Shown piece by piece: positions 52,064-64,000 of a stretch of 64,000 nucleotides of DNA; the stretch's first letter is position 1; each line of letters opens with the position of its first letter. Location: NCBI RefSeq assembly GCF_006345805.1, contig NC_042999.1:167400001-167464000 (forward strand). Reading direction: 5' to 3'. Under the pieces are notes generated by a model. The model searched no databases, was not told the origin of the DNA, and saw nothing but the letters and a program-made list of their open reading frames with translations. Source of the stretch: Octopus sinensis (taxonomy: Eukaryota). A program made the translations under genes and the position numbers.

Positions 52064-55000
52064 ATGTTTGACTTTTGTTTTACATTTGTACAAGTTGGCT
52101 CCAAGTCTCACCCAGAGACCTCAAGAGACAACAAGCTGGAAGTTCATGTTGCTGTTATGCCTAGGGTGCCATATATTTGGTTTTGTACATAGTATTGTTC
52201 TAGAGAATGTTTAAGAAACCATAAGAAAATTATGTTTGTTTTAAACCTTGAGATTACATAGAAAGTATTTTGCGTAGGATATGAGCAGTTCCCATGAGCA
52301 CTATCTTTTGAATTTCGTCCATTTTAGGGTTTCCTGGTATCTGAGCTAGGTAGCAATTAGCCCCTTTCGCTATCATTCCCAGGGCACCTATGACAACAGG
52401 TATTGTTTTAGTCTTCAGATTGTACATTTTGCTGATTACTATTTCAAGATCTTTATATTTGCTCAGTTTCTGGTAGGTGTTGACATATACGTTTATATCG
52501 ATTGGGACAGTCATATCAATGAGGAGGCATAATTTTTGTCTGAAGTCTTTCAATACGATGTCTGGCCTATTCGCATCTGTCTTTCTGTCAGTTTGAATGG
52601 GGAAGTTCCAGAGGAGTGAGGTGTGGTCATTTTCAAGCACTGGAGGTGGTTTGTGTTCCCACCAGTTTTTTTCATGGGGCAAATCCAAGTTTTTGCAAAT
52701 TACCCAGTGAATATATTGTGCAGCTCTATCATGCCCGTTGAGATACTCTGTTGGCGCAAGAAGACTGCACTTGGAGATATGATCAATGGTTTCATTTTGT
52801 TGTTGACATACGCGACATGTTGGGCTACTGCCGTTCTTTAATATGTTGGCCTGGTAGTTTCTTGTTGGTAGGCATTGATCTTGAGATGTTATGATAAATC
52901 CCTCTGTTTCAGATTTTAAGCCAGGGGCCATCAGCCATTGATGGGTCAGGGCTTTGTCAACATCTGCATTATTCGCTCTCTTTGGGTATTTGTTATAGAG
53001 AGGTTTTTCTTGCCATTTATCATTCAGAATACCTAAGGCCGCAGTTTTAGCACGGGTTTTCATGCGCTTAGCTTTTTCTGTGCTTGTTTCTTGTATATCT
53101 ATCTCTAATTTCGAAATTTGTTGTATTCGGAATTCACTTAGATATTCCTTTGACTGTTTTGTGACTGAGTATGATGCTTTCTTGTTTTCTTGTTTTGAGA
53201 CAAGTTTTAACATCCAGTCCTTAGAATTTTTCAGGTAGGTGTCTAGACCCAATTGTAGCAATTTTCATTGTTATTGCCAGTTGTAAGAGTCCACGGCCTC
53301 CCTCTTTTCTTGGCAGATAAAGTCGTTCTATAGCTGCCTTAGGGTGGTGCATTCTATGCATTGTTAACAGTTTACGTATTTTTCTGTCAAGATTACATAT
53401 TTCAGTAATTGACCAGTTAACGATATTGAAACTGTAAGTCACGACTGGTATGGCTAATGCATTGATCGCTTCGATCCTGTTTCTCGCATTCAGCTCTCTC
53501 TTGAGTATTTCTCTTACTCTGCGATAACATTCTCTCCTGATCTTTCCTTCATCTCTGAATGCCTTATTCCGTCCCCTTCAATTATCCCTAGGTACTTGTA
53601 GCTCTCCGCTGGGTCTAATTCTTTTATGACATTCTGCTGGTCAAGGTTAACGTTAGATGTTTCTGTCATTTTTCCTTTGATAAAGGTAGCTTTTGCACAT
53701 TTATCGAGGCCAAATTGCATTCTGATGTCATCACTGAATTGTTTGACAATCGTTAGGAGTTGTTGGTAATTTTTTGCAAAGAGCTTTAAATCATCCATGT
53801 AAATGAGATGATTTATATTTTTATCAAACATTTTATATCCGTACTGCGCTCATTGAGCAGTTTTGAGAGAGGTGTTAAGGCTAAACAAAAGAGAAGTGAT
53901 GATAGTGAGTCACCCTGGAAAATGCCACATTAAATTTTTACATCACCAGCATTTAGAGATTCATTGTCACTGTTCAGAGTTAGTGTGGTTCTCCATGATC
54001 TCATACTTACTGACAAAAAGTTTCGCAGAGTAGGTGCTATTTTATACATTTCCAGGCATTTCTTAATCCAGCTATGTGGTAGGCTATCAAAAGCCTTTTT
54101 ATAGTCTATCCAGGCTATTGATAAGTTTTTGTGTCGTTTGTGACAATCTTCTAAGATCATCTTATTGATGAGTAGTTGATCTTTACAACCGTAGGATCCA
54201 CGTTTACATCCTTTCTGTTCATTAGGGAATATGCTGCTGTCTATTAAAAAACTATAGGTATATTCCGTCAGGACAGATATTAGTGTTTTGTGCATAGTTG
54301 TTAAGCAGGTTATGGGTCTATAGTTTTTTGGTTCATTTGTTTTCTTCACTTTTTGGAAGCAGGAATGTTAACCCATTAACTAGCCAAGGAGACATCCTAC
54401 TAGGGTGTTGCAAAACATCATTGTAAAGTTCTGTTAGCAGTTCATGGCTCTCTGGGAAGGCATTCAACCAGAAGTTAGGAATGTTATCCTTTCCTGGAGA
54501 CTTCCATTTGCTTGACCTCCTGAGAGCAGATCTTATATCTTCTACCTTGACACCCTCCCACTTTTGCTCTTCTAAGGGGTCCAGTTCTGTAGATATTCTG
54601 TCAATCCAGGGGGCCTTTTCGTTGTGTGTTTTTTCTTCTGCCCAGATTTTATTCCAAAATCCCTGCACTTCTTCTTTTGATGGTACAGACCTTGCAGTTA
54701 ACGCTGTTTTTCCTATCTTCCTGTAAAAATTCTTGGGGTTATTTTTGAACATGTTGTCCTTGAAAAATCTAACACGCTTTTCATACCTCGCTATGCGGGC
54801 AGCTTTGGTAGATACCTTTTGTTTGATGGTTTCTATGGTGGCATCAATATCAAGTATAGTTTTCATATTGTATTTTTTCTGTAATTTTTGGGTTTTTGTA
54901 GGTTTGGTAGTCTTGTGAGCCTTAAGGTTTTTCAAATATTCAATGTCAGATCTAAATATTTTAATTTGTTGTTGCAGACGCTCTTGCCAAGAAGGCTTTT

Positions 55001-55275
55001 TGTGGGAACGTTGCCGTTTTCTAATCTTTTCACCACATAGGATCGTTGAGATTTTCGCGGATGCATAGTGGTTGAGGTTTGTGATATCAACATCATTAGC
55101 TGAAATTATATCCTTAAGTGCAAGCCGGATTTTACCAATTATTTTCATGTTTTGGTTAGAGTTGCAGATTTTAGGAAGTGTATCACGTTCATCCATGCTG
55201 GTTTCTTTAATTTTCAGCCATTCAATCATGATTTGATTTTTTAGCTTATGTAGTTCTGTTGGGTCAATATTTGTG
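52064..55275 (-). mobile_element. R4/Dong-like non-LTR retrotransposon (third family), 5'-truncated and frameshifted
   Basis: ORFs 54333-55229, 53930-54349, 53514-53831, 53221-53442 and 52254-53261 give NYRPITCL, WIDYKKAFD, YMDDLKLF, CRVC..ETIDH..C, RPDIV..IDMTVP and KYKDL; (TAA/CAA)n tail. Confidence 0.92.
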
Positions 55276-55469
55276 TGACTTTCTTTATCTATTTGATGTT
55301 CATCTGTCTTAGTGTTTATGATTGGTTCAGGGAGTATTTCACTTTGCCTATCACTTATGCTAACTCTTTCAATCCTTACTTCGTTTTTATCAGCCCTGGG
55401 CTGGTCTATAATTATTTCCTTTGTATTATTATCATTATTGTTATTATTATTATTATTATTATAAGAGCC

Positions 55470-55860
55470 GGCAGAGCCGTTAGTGAATCGGTGATTTTCA
55501 CCGATTCACTAACGGCAGTATTTCTTCCGGCTTTTTATGTTCTGCTTTCAAATACCATCGACGTCAACTTTGCCTCTCATCCTTTCGATGTCGATGAAGT
55601 AAATACCAGTTGAGAATTAGGGTCGATGTAGTCGAGTTAGTCGCTCCCCTAAAATTTCTGGCCTTGTGTCAAAATTCTAAGCCATTGTCATTGTTGTTAG
55701 GTAGCGAGGTGGGAGAAACGTTCACACGTGGGACAAAATTCTTAGCGTCATTTTTCTGAATTGAAATCCCGCCAAAGTCAATTTTGCATTTTATCCATTC
55801 TAGTTCCATAGAATAAAAGACCAGTCAGGTACTGGTGTTGATGTAATCGACATAACCCCC
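55470..55860 (+). mobile_element. Two degenerate SINE family A copies
   Basis: tttgcctctcatcctttcgatgtcgatgaagtaaataccag core and a second, more diverged copy. Confidence 0.65.
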
Positions 55861-56964
55861 TCCTTTAACTCTCGGAACAAAATGAATTCAAAGCTATAAA
55901 GTGCCCTTATAGTCGCAGTATGGAGGAAGGCAAAATAATGAGTCACTACCAAGTACATTGAAAATAGCTTTGATCTTGGCTCGTTCGTGCCTTTGCCTCA
56001 TAATACAGGTAGTTGGCGGGTTGGCAAAACTACATAATGCGTACTCGAGTGGTGGGTTTTACGGATATGCAATTTCTGATGCTAAAAAAAAAAAAACAAT
56101 GGCAACCAAGAGCTGGGAGTTTATACGTACATGCAATTTCTGTCCCAGAAAAAAAAAAGCAAAGGCATTCCAAAGCTATACTCAATTACGGGGTTGAAAG
56201 TATGTAGATTGGCTGTAGAAGTCGAGCTGTTATATGTGTGGGGTTTTTGTCCAGAAGAGCTGGAAATTCAAAAGAAGAATGAACGCAAGAGAAACCAAAA
56301 GAGACAGCACCAGGTCTCATAAATTGTTAATACCAAGAGCAATATCAGAGGCAGCTCCATGGAGAGTTGAAAATATGGCCTTGTATAGAGTGCAAGCCGA
56401 CATTCAAAAAGCCATTGAACCTTCTCACTAGCATCCTTTCACTGTCGCAGGATGACGGGGGAGGATAGAAATTGGAAGCTAGTGAGACTACACATACTGT
56501 GCAGGGGGAAAAAAAAAAGGGTTGTGGATACCACACAAAAGAAGTAAGTCCAAAGCCGCAACGTGTAAAACGTGTAAATAGGAGACCATTACCGGATGAG
56601 TGTAGGTGCTGTGCGAAGGACCAATGAATCCTGATAGAACTAATGAAGGTCTTAAAGAAAGTCGAAGAATCCGTTGTGCTGTCTGAAGAGGAGGAAATAT
56701 GATCAGATTTTATAAGGCGATCAGATGATACACAATTAATAAAATCTATACCCTTGATCATCATCAAAAGAAGCCCCGCTCAGAAAACGTGGGCTCGCGC
56801 GTACTTTGGCATGTATCAAGTTCCAGTACCAGAAGCGAAACGCTGTCGGATTGATGGGGTATTCAAACAACTTGGTGACAGCTTCGCGTCCATGTTTGCA
56901 TTAGTTTCATGTTACAGTTGTATTTGTATTTATGCAAATGAATAATTCTTTATTTGTGTTAATT

Positions 56965-57308
56965 TTTATTGCTTCGATATCTGTTTTCAGTCGTGCTTGT
57001 TTGCTTGTCTTTAGACAATATATCTCAAGAACCGCTGGATGGATTCGGTTGAAACTTTCAGGGATGTCTGGCCTTGTGACTGGCACAAACTGATTGGATT
57101 TAGGGATCGATCTGGTATCGAACAAGGATTCTGGATTATTTTTCCAGGTTTTTCTTTTACTTAATTTAAAAGTAAATTCCTTTTTAGTATTCTCGTTTGT
57201 GAGAGAAGTCAAGTTTATTTCAGATATTCTCATCTTAAAAATCATCTCTGGCTAATGTGACGTCAGTGTCGTCTTGGCGGTTATTTGCGCCCTCTGAGTG
57301 ATCTTGCT
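56965..57308 (+). mobile_element. Helentron-associated (HINE/DINE-like) non-autonomous element
   Basis: gtttg microsatellite, atatctcaagaaccgctggatggattcggttgaaactttcaggg body and cttggcgg..tttgcgccctctgagtg end. Confidence 0.5.
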
Positions 57309-59193
57309 TTATATTTACTATGTGTGGAAATCCACCAAGCATCTTGTAAACTCTTTTCTTAACACCTTGTTAGAATATACGGGTACTCCTTTATGGTAAA
57401 GAATAGTTTCGAATTTTGGCAATAAGGTTAGTAATTTTAGAGGTGGAGGTAAGTTAATTACATCGACCCCAGAGTCCAACTGGAACTTATTTTTCGAGCG
57501 CGGCGTGCTAACGATTCGGCTAGCTCGCCATCTTTTTATTTGGTGAATAAGAAAAGAATATTATTGACAGATTGGCACCATTGATCGGACAAATGCTTTG
57601 CGTTATTTGTTCCGACTCTTTTCAGGTCCACAAAATAAAGTACAGCAAAAAAGGCGAAACAATTATGATTAAATTGACAGAATTAGTAGATTCTTTGTAG
57701 CATTTGCTTCGGCTACCTACCTTTTTTAAGGTCAAATGCAGCAAAAAGTCAACTTTGCTGTTCATCTTCCGGGTTCTATAAAATACTGCAACTTTCCAAT
57801 TTCTCCAGTACTCGAAACTTGAAGAATGGTGGGCTGTGCCAGAATAATTGCTCTCTGATACACAGGATAGACAAACTTCAATGGATTATAGATCTCAATA
57901 TTTATTAGTTGATATACAGTATACATTTTGTTGCCATCAATTGAGCCAGCGGTGTTATAAGAATGATTTCGAAAACAAGTTTGACACACTCTTGTTGCGC
58001 TAAATGAGCTAAATAAACACCAAAATGTGATGTCTGAATACTCTCTTTCATTACCCCTCCTTAATCATTGTTTTTATAGACTGTGTAAGGTTTATATAAG
58101 ATATTATCTAACAGTTCTACAACTTTCTTTTCTAATGTTTCTACTGTAAGGTTTCGTTCAGTTTATTCTTGTGTGTTCTACAAAACAGCTGTACATGACG
58201 CCAAAACAACAATAAAACTACTAATACGATATTTAACAAAACCGGTCTTGCTCGGAACGGGCTGTTAAATTACATATAGCATCGCGACGCAATGTAATAA
58301 CAAGTTTGGTTAATATATAAACATTTTCAGAGAGTAGTAAAGTGGCAGAAACGTTACAGAGTTGTATTAATTATTTAACAGCATTTCATTTCACCCCTTT
58401 ACATTCGATATTTCTGAATATTGCGCAATTACTTGTTGTATAATGAGTTTACACAGGCATACATATTTCTTTATTTGCTTCTGAAACAAGCAGTAGCCAT
58501 GAACTCTGCAAGTCATACGACCTTTGTGGGTAGAGAGATGATTTCCAAAAGCTTGAGGTTTCGGAGAGAGAGGAAAAAATGTAGTAATGGCTAGTTCGGG
58601 CCTGGGGTGGGGGATGACGCAACATGGGTAATGAGAGCTGAAGAGACGGTTGGGTCGGATGTACCTGAGTGGTTACAATATGAGACCGGATAAAAAAAAA
58701 TACAACTTAAAAGTATACTGAACTGACATCTCAAACAATAGTTTTTAGATTCAGAGATGAGAGTGGAAGATGAGTCTTGATCAGGAGATCCCTGATATTC
58801 AAGTTCATTAAGTTTCTCATTGAAAAATGATTTTCAAAATATTTGTACTCCGTTTCAATTACCTTGGAAGAAAGCTTCACATTTAAATCTACATGCAATG
58901 ATAAGGAATCATGCAGAGTTAAAGGGTTAAAGGGGCCCAACGGGAGATAATCATATTTCGTACAACGTCTATAGACAGAATATACTGGAATGCAATAGTT
59001 ATTAAAATTCTTCATTTAAAAGATAGTGCTGAAATGTTAATGAACTAATGTTAAAAGACAGAAAATAATTCAGGGATCCCGCGAAAAACTTGCCGTGACA
59101 CGAAATCATATAACGCAAATTAGTTTTCCCCATGTATTTTGAAATCATAAAGTACAGTACAATATATATATATATATACATACATACATATAT

Positions 59194-59240
<47 letters not shown>

Positions 59241-59324
59241 TATATATATGTATGTGACCTCGTTTGTATAACTAGCGATTTTTTTTCCTCTGTCTTCCCT
59301 TCTCGGGACCTTTCCTTCTCCTAT

Positions 59325-59359
59325 GTTTCCGACGAAGAGCTCCGCTCGAAACGTCAAAC
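59325..59359 (+). ncRNA. Minimal hammerhead-like motif
   Basis: GTTT-ccgacga-a-GAGC(tcc)GCTC-GAAA-cg-TC-AAAC. Confidence 0.6.
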
Positions 59360-59456
59360 CCTCCTTCTTCCCTTCTTTCCTGAGCGTCCAATAATACTTT
59401 ATTTGTTCCACGTCCTTGCGTTGTTGTCTTTTTGTTTTCTTGTTTGGATTACATGT

Positions 59457-59759
59457 ACACTGCAACATAATTTCTTTTCCTCAACAGGCCCTGCCCTATT
59501 TAACATTGTCCCGAGGGAGATCAAAGAGGAAAAGGATCCCATCAACTTTAAACGGATTCTGGATAGATTCCTTCAAAGAATATCAAATAAGCCACCCATA
59601 ATTGGATACAACTCACCCAACAAGAACTCACTACTTGAACAAAACTTGACTTAAGCAAAACTTGACTTAAACAGGATCCGAATAATCCTATCAGGTGGTG
59701 CTACTAAGTTAGACATGGCCTGGACCAATCTTTGGTCGAAACATATCTAAGTTTATCTA

Positions 59760-59765
<6 letters not shown>
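59457..59765 (+). mobile_element. CR1/L2-group LINE 3' end (5'-truncated)
   Basis: NFFSSTGPALFNIVPREIK..FKRILDRFLQRI..P..GY..NSLLE C-terminus; short 3' UTR ending in (tatctaagtt)2. Confidence 0.7.
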
Positions 59766-59805
<40 letters not shown>

Positions 59806-60860
59806 GAGAAATTCGTTAGGGAATAAATAAGAATCACATTCATATTGTAGTATTCCGCCGAGATCGACTTTGCCTTTCATCCTCGGGAACGATAAAACAA
59901 GTACCACTTAAACACCAAGGGCGATGTAATCGACTTACTTCTTCCCCAACAACTGCTGGCCTTGTACCAAAGGTTGAAACCAATATCAATATCGTAGTAG
60001 AGTATGTTCTTACCATAAAAGATGCTGCCTACTGTGCGGGTGATAGTCGTAATGATGGGATGGCAGTCACTCGAAGAATATGGAACACAATATACTGTCT
60101 TATAATTGACCATCATCAACGTCGGCTCGAGGGGTGAATAACTTAACCAAAATTGTTTCATGCTCACGGCGCATCGTTTCTTTGTATTGTCCAGTGTAGG
60201 AACTGATTTCATTGTAAACTCATCGCGTGATATTTTTGCTATATTCACGATTAAAGTTGATAACACCAAAAACTTTCAGATCTTCTTGTTTCAGCGGCAA
60301 TTCCACAGCAATATCATTTGCAACCAATTTAACTGGAGTTGTGGAATTTCAGTATTGTCGGTTTGCTTTTGTTTTAACGTTATCACCTCCACCTTAGATA
60401 GAAATTTTCTATGGAGCATTAGCAGGTCAACCACACCATCATCTATGACCCCTTCAAACACTACATCATTTGTAAGAGTCACACGATCTTCAAAGAAGAA
60501 AAGTTAACTGTGATAAAGAAATTAATGGAAAAAAAAAGAAAGAACTGCAATAATTAGGTAAAACGCTTCACGTGAAACACGAGCTATAAAAAGAAAGTGA
60601 ATATATAGATATACATATGTATATATATACATATATATACATATACATACGTATATATATATAAAAATAGATATACATATACATAGGTATATATATATAT
60701 ATATATACATATTATATACATATACTTATATATATATATATATGTATGTATGTATATATGTATGTATATGTATATCTATATATATACAAGTATTTAAATA
60801 TGTGTGTATGTTTATTTATTTTATATTTATATTTATTTATAGCTTAACATTATGTACTTT

Positions 60861-60989
60861 ATAATCTTTGACGAAGCCTAGAAAAACACCCAAGTACCTC
60901 AATTTCATCTACCTATTACTTCAGTCTACTTTAGTAATAAATGTAGAATGAGGTATTTTTACCTCTTGGCTGAAACAGCTCTAAGTTAT
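60861..60989 (+). ncRNA. Hammerhead-like motif with long branched stem II
   Basis: ataatct-TTGACGA-AGCC..tacctca..tattact/agtaata..tgaggta..GGCT-GAAA-cagctc-TA-agttat. Confidence 0.55.
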
Positions 60990-61374
60990 TTTCCCAATTT
61001 ATATTCATGTATGTTATTTTATAATAATTACTGGTATCCTTATATATTAATATATTTTATATCTTATATGTAAAGCATAATATGTTATACGTGTATGTAT
61101 ATTATTGTAATTGTCAGTTTAGTAAATAAATAAGTTAACATAATATAATGTCTAAAAGTTGATGAACCACCTATTGATCCCCTCCATTTTCTTATTGCTA
61201 TATAAATTAATGATAAAATATCTCTTTACCTTCACCCATTTAGTACACTAGGTAATGTAATTGCAATGCAATAAAAAACACTTGTGTATTAATAATTGGG
61301 TATTCTACCAGCAGTATATTGGACAGATATTATTCCTTAGTGGGTTGGATTCACAACCTCTAACTTTCTCCGAG

Positions 61375-61466
<92 letters not shown>

Positions 61467-61502
61467 GATATATATATATATATATTATATATATATATAT
61501 AT

Positions 61503-61551
<49 letters not shown>

Positions 61552-61757
61552 CTTACGTATATAAATACATATATGTACATATACATACGTATATACATAT
61601 ATATATATACATATATATATACTTATATATATATAAATATATACTTATATACGTATATATATGTACATATATACACATATATATAAGTATATATAAACAT
61701 GAATATATATACCTATATACGTGCGTTTATATTTACATATATACGTATACATACGCA

Positions 61758-61813
<56 letters not shown>

Positions 61814-62129
61814 CTTGTAAATAAATGCGTGGCGTTCGACCGTATAATAAAATTAGAAACGAGAACATAAAAATCAAAAACATAGAAAACGGACTTTTTT
61901 TCGAACAACGAAAGAAAAAACAAACAAACAGAGAAACGAGACAGATAACGGAAAGAAAATTCCCTTCATAAGTTGTCCCCTGTTTTATCTACTCCGCGTT
62001 ACGAAGGCAGGGATAAGACGCGACTTCGTTAAAACAGTCCTTTCCGCAGAGCAAATTAAATAAAATTGTGGATTTTTTGCGGAATGTGAAAGTGTCAACA
62101 AAAAACTGGACAGTGAGAACAAAATAGTA

Positions 62130-64000
62130 AAAGCACCTCCCAAAGCCTATCTACAAATTCCGCAAAAGAGGTAAATGCTGGCATGGAGAGAGTGGAACAA
62201 ACTGCCGTTTTGCGCATCCAGCGCTTGAGCAAACTCCATCACTCACCCAACGAAAGAAACAACCACACTTGGAAAACTCTATATCCCAGCCTAAACCTGC
62301 AGAAAAGAAGACCAGACACAGTCATATGTAGATACAGTACAAACAGCAGCGGTTGAGCAACAACCTTTTTTAAGTGTGGCACAGGAAATAGTTCAATGGG
62401 TGTCATAGCTACTGACAAATCTGAACTATGTACCCTCGCACACAAGACCGCCACAATTGATGGATCCTGGTTGGCCATCACTGCCACCAAGCCACCCGTC
62501 ACACCAACACCAACGCCATTTCTACTTATAAATATATGCGGCCTACTACAAAACAACAGGAAATGCAAGCATGCGCAATTGATCAATCTTTTTGCATGCA
62601 ATCAAGTTATTAGCATTGCACTTACAGAAACACATCTTCCTGCAGACATAAATGATGCTGAGATACTCATACCAGAAGAAGTCACGGTGGAGTTGCAATG
62701 TACATCTGCGAGGATAGTACATGTAAAGCAACTTGATATAGGGATCTGCACACTATATCGTCCACCTGAAGCTTCAAATCATTATAGAAAATTTGAGGAA
62801 ACGCTCAATGTGATAAAGGAAATACTAACACAATTGGATCAACTTACTACTATATTCCTGATGGGTGACTTCCCTAAAATCAGTTCGTCTGAGGGCAACA
62901 TAACCCCAAGAATTACGTACAAAGAGCGAAATCAAGTAGAAATTCTACTTGATTTTACGAAAATGCTATTCATGGATCAGATCATACTCTCTCCAACCAG
63001 ACACAAAAATATTTTGGACCTCTGTTTTGCAAACAATGTGGAAATTATCCACAACGTAAATATATCACCAACAATATTCTTAGACCATAACAATATAGAA
63101 TTGACAATGTATGGCCTGGAATTAACTAAACTCCGCACAGATGGCACTCAAACCCTATCCCACTTAAATTTCTATAAGGCTGACTGGAAGTCACTTGAAA
63201 AACAGATACTCCAGAAGCACTGGCCTAAAAGCCTCTTTAAGCAAGACATGGATATGAAACTCAATAAATTCATAACAATAATGCGAACGATATGCATTGA
63301 ATATGTCCCAGAGAAGAGAGCCAACAGAAAAACATCACTCCCCGAGACAGAACACTCATGCAGCGGAGAATAAAGATCTCGAATCGTTTAAACAAACACC
63401 TCAATGACAGTGTGAAATCCCATCTGACAGAGGAACTCTTCGAGATAGAAAATAAACTCAAAATCTCCCATGAAAAAGAAAGAGAAACCTGGGTAGTCGA
63501 ATATATAAAACGAATCCCAAAGCTTTCTACACGTTGGCAAAGGAGTCTGCCTTAGTACGCTACAAGACAGGGCCACTATTTAGTAAAAACGGCTCACTAA
63601 CTGCAGTCCCGGGGGAGATAAGTGAAGCCATAATTAAACAACTCCCTTCTCCAGTGGAAAATATGCAAATAAAATATCGTGAGGAGTTTTTCAATATAAC
63701 AAATCTATTCAGAAAAGAGGCAACCATCGATTACATCAGCATAACAGAAGAGGATGTATCATCGGCCATTGATGAGATGAGCTCAAACACAGCAACGGGC
63801 CCAATTGGACTCCCGGCTCTTGCAAAGCCACGGCAGATATTCTTTCAGAGTTTCCTTCCCTTTGGTAAACTTCCCAACATGATAAAAGAGGGTATAATAT
63901 GCCCTGTCTATAAGGGAGGGAGTAGAGCAGATGCTAAAATCTGCAGGCCCATCTCTCTGACTTCACATGTTAGCAAGGCAATGAAACGCTTTGTCAGAAA
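62130..64000 (+). mobile_element. CR1/L2-group LINE: CCCH-finger ORF1 remnant, APE endonuclease and RT start (runs off the window)
   Basis: RGKCWHGESGTNCRFAHP; INICGL, ALTETHL, LYRPP, MGDF, PTRHKNILDL and DH; ICPVYKGGSRADAKICRPISLTSHVSK. Confidence 0.85.

Larger units (their letters stand above)
47300..60507 (-). pseudogene. Candidate decayed multi-exon gene, product unknown (blocks 60014-60507, 58863-59028, ~57820-58008, 49099-49166, ~47300-47599)
   Basis: Unique, codon-like blocks behind AG acceptors, most pyrimidine-rich, with donors gtaaga/gtaatt/gtaagt. The first two join in phase (..HSRQHLLC|TIF*MKNFNNYC..). Several stops. Confidence 0.3.

Noticed and set aside
61960-62040. Additional hammerhead on the minus strand
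   Set aside because: An 8-bp outer stem exists, but both core boxes are too altered (TTAACGA, GTAA) to call.

Overview
AT-rich, microsatellite-dense eukaryotic DNA. The SINE families look like those I recall from octopus (cephalopod) genomes; this is an inference, not a database result. No intact protein-coding gene is evident, and most long ORFs in the track are microsatellite artefacts or transposon pieces. Transposable elements include at least 7 R4/Dong-like RLE non-LTR retrotransposon copies or fragments, mostly at (TAA)n tracts, plus a 558-bp non-coding element embedded in (TAA)n. There are also Penelope-like (Naiad-type RT, GIY-YIG) remnants, about a dozen minimal hammerhead-ribozyme-like motifs (one in a 364-bp unit with terminal redundancy), and non-autonomous Helitrons. 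Other elements are a Merlin-like MITE carrying TTAGGG repeats, DD37D mariner and Tigger remnants, CR1-group LINE pieces and many tRNA-derived SINEs. Two decayed spliced genes were read by eye: a TNF-ligand-like pseudogene (639-5199, +) and an unidentified minus-strand multi-exon remnant (about 47.3-60.5 kb). A near-perfect 1-kb tandem duplication lies at 43.6-45.4 kb. Boundaries of degenerate elements are approximate.
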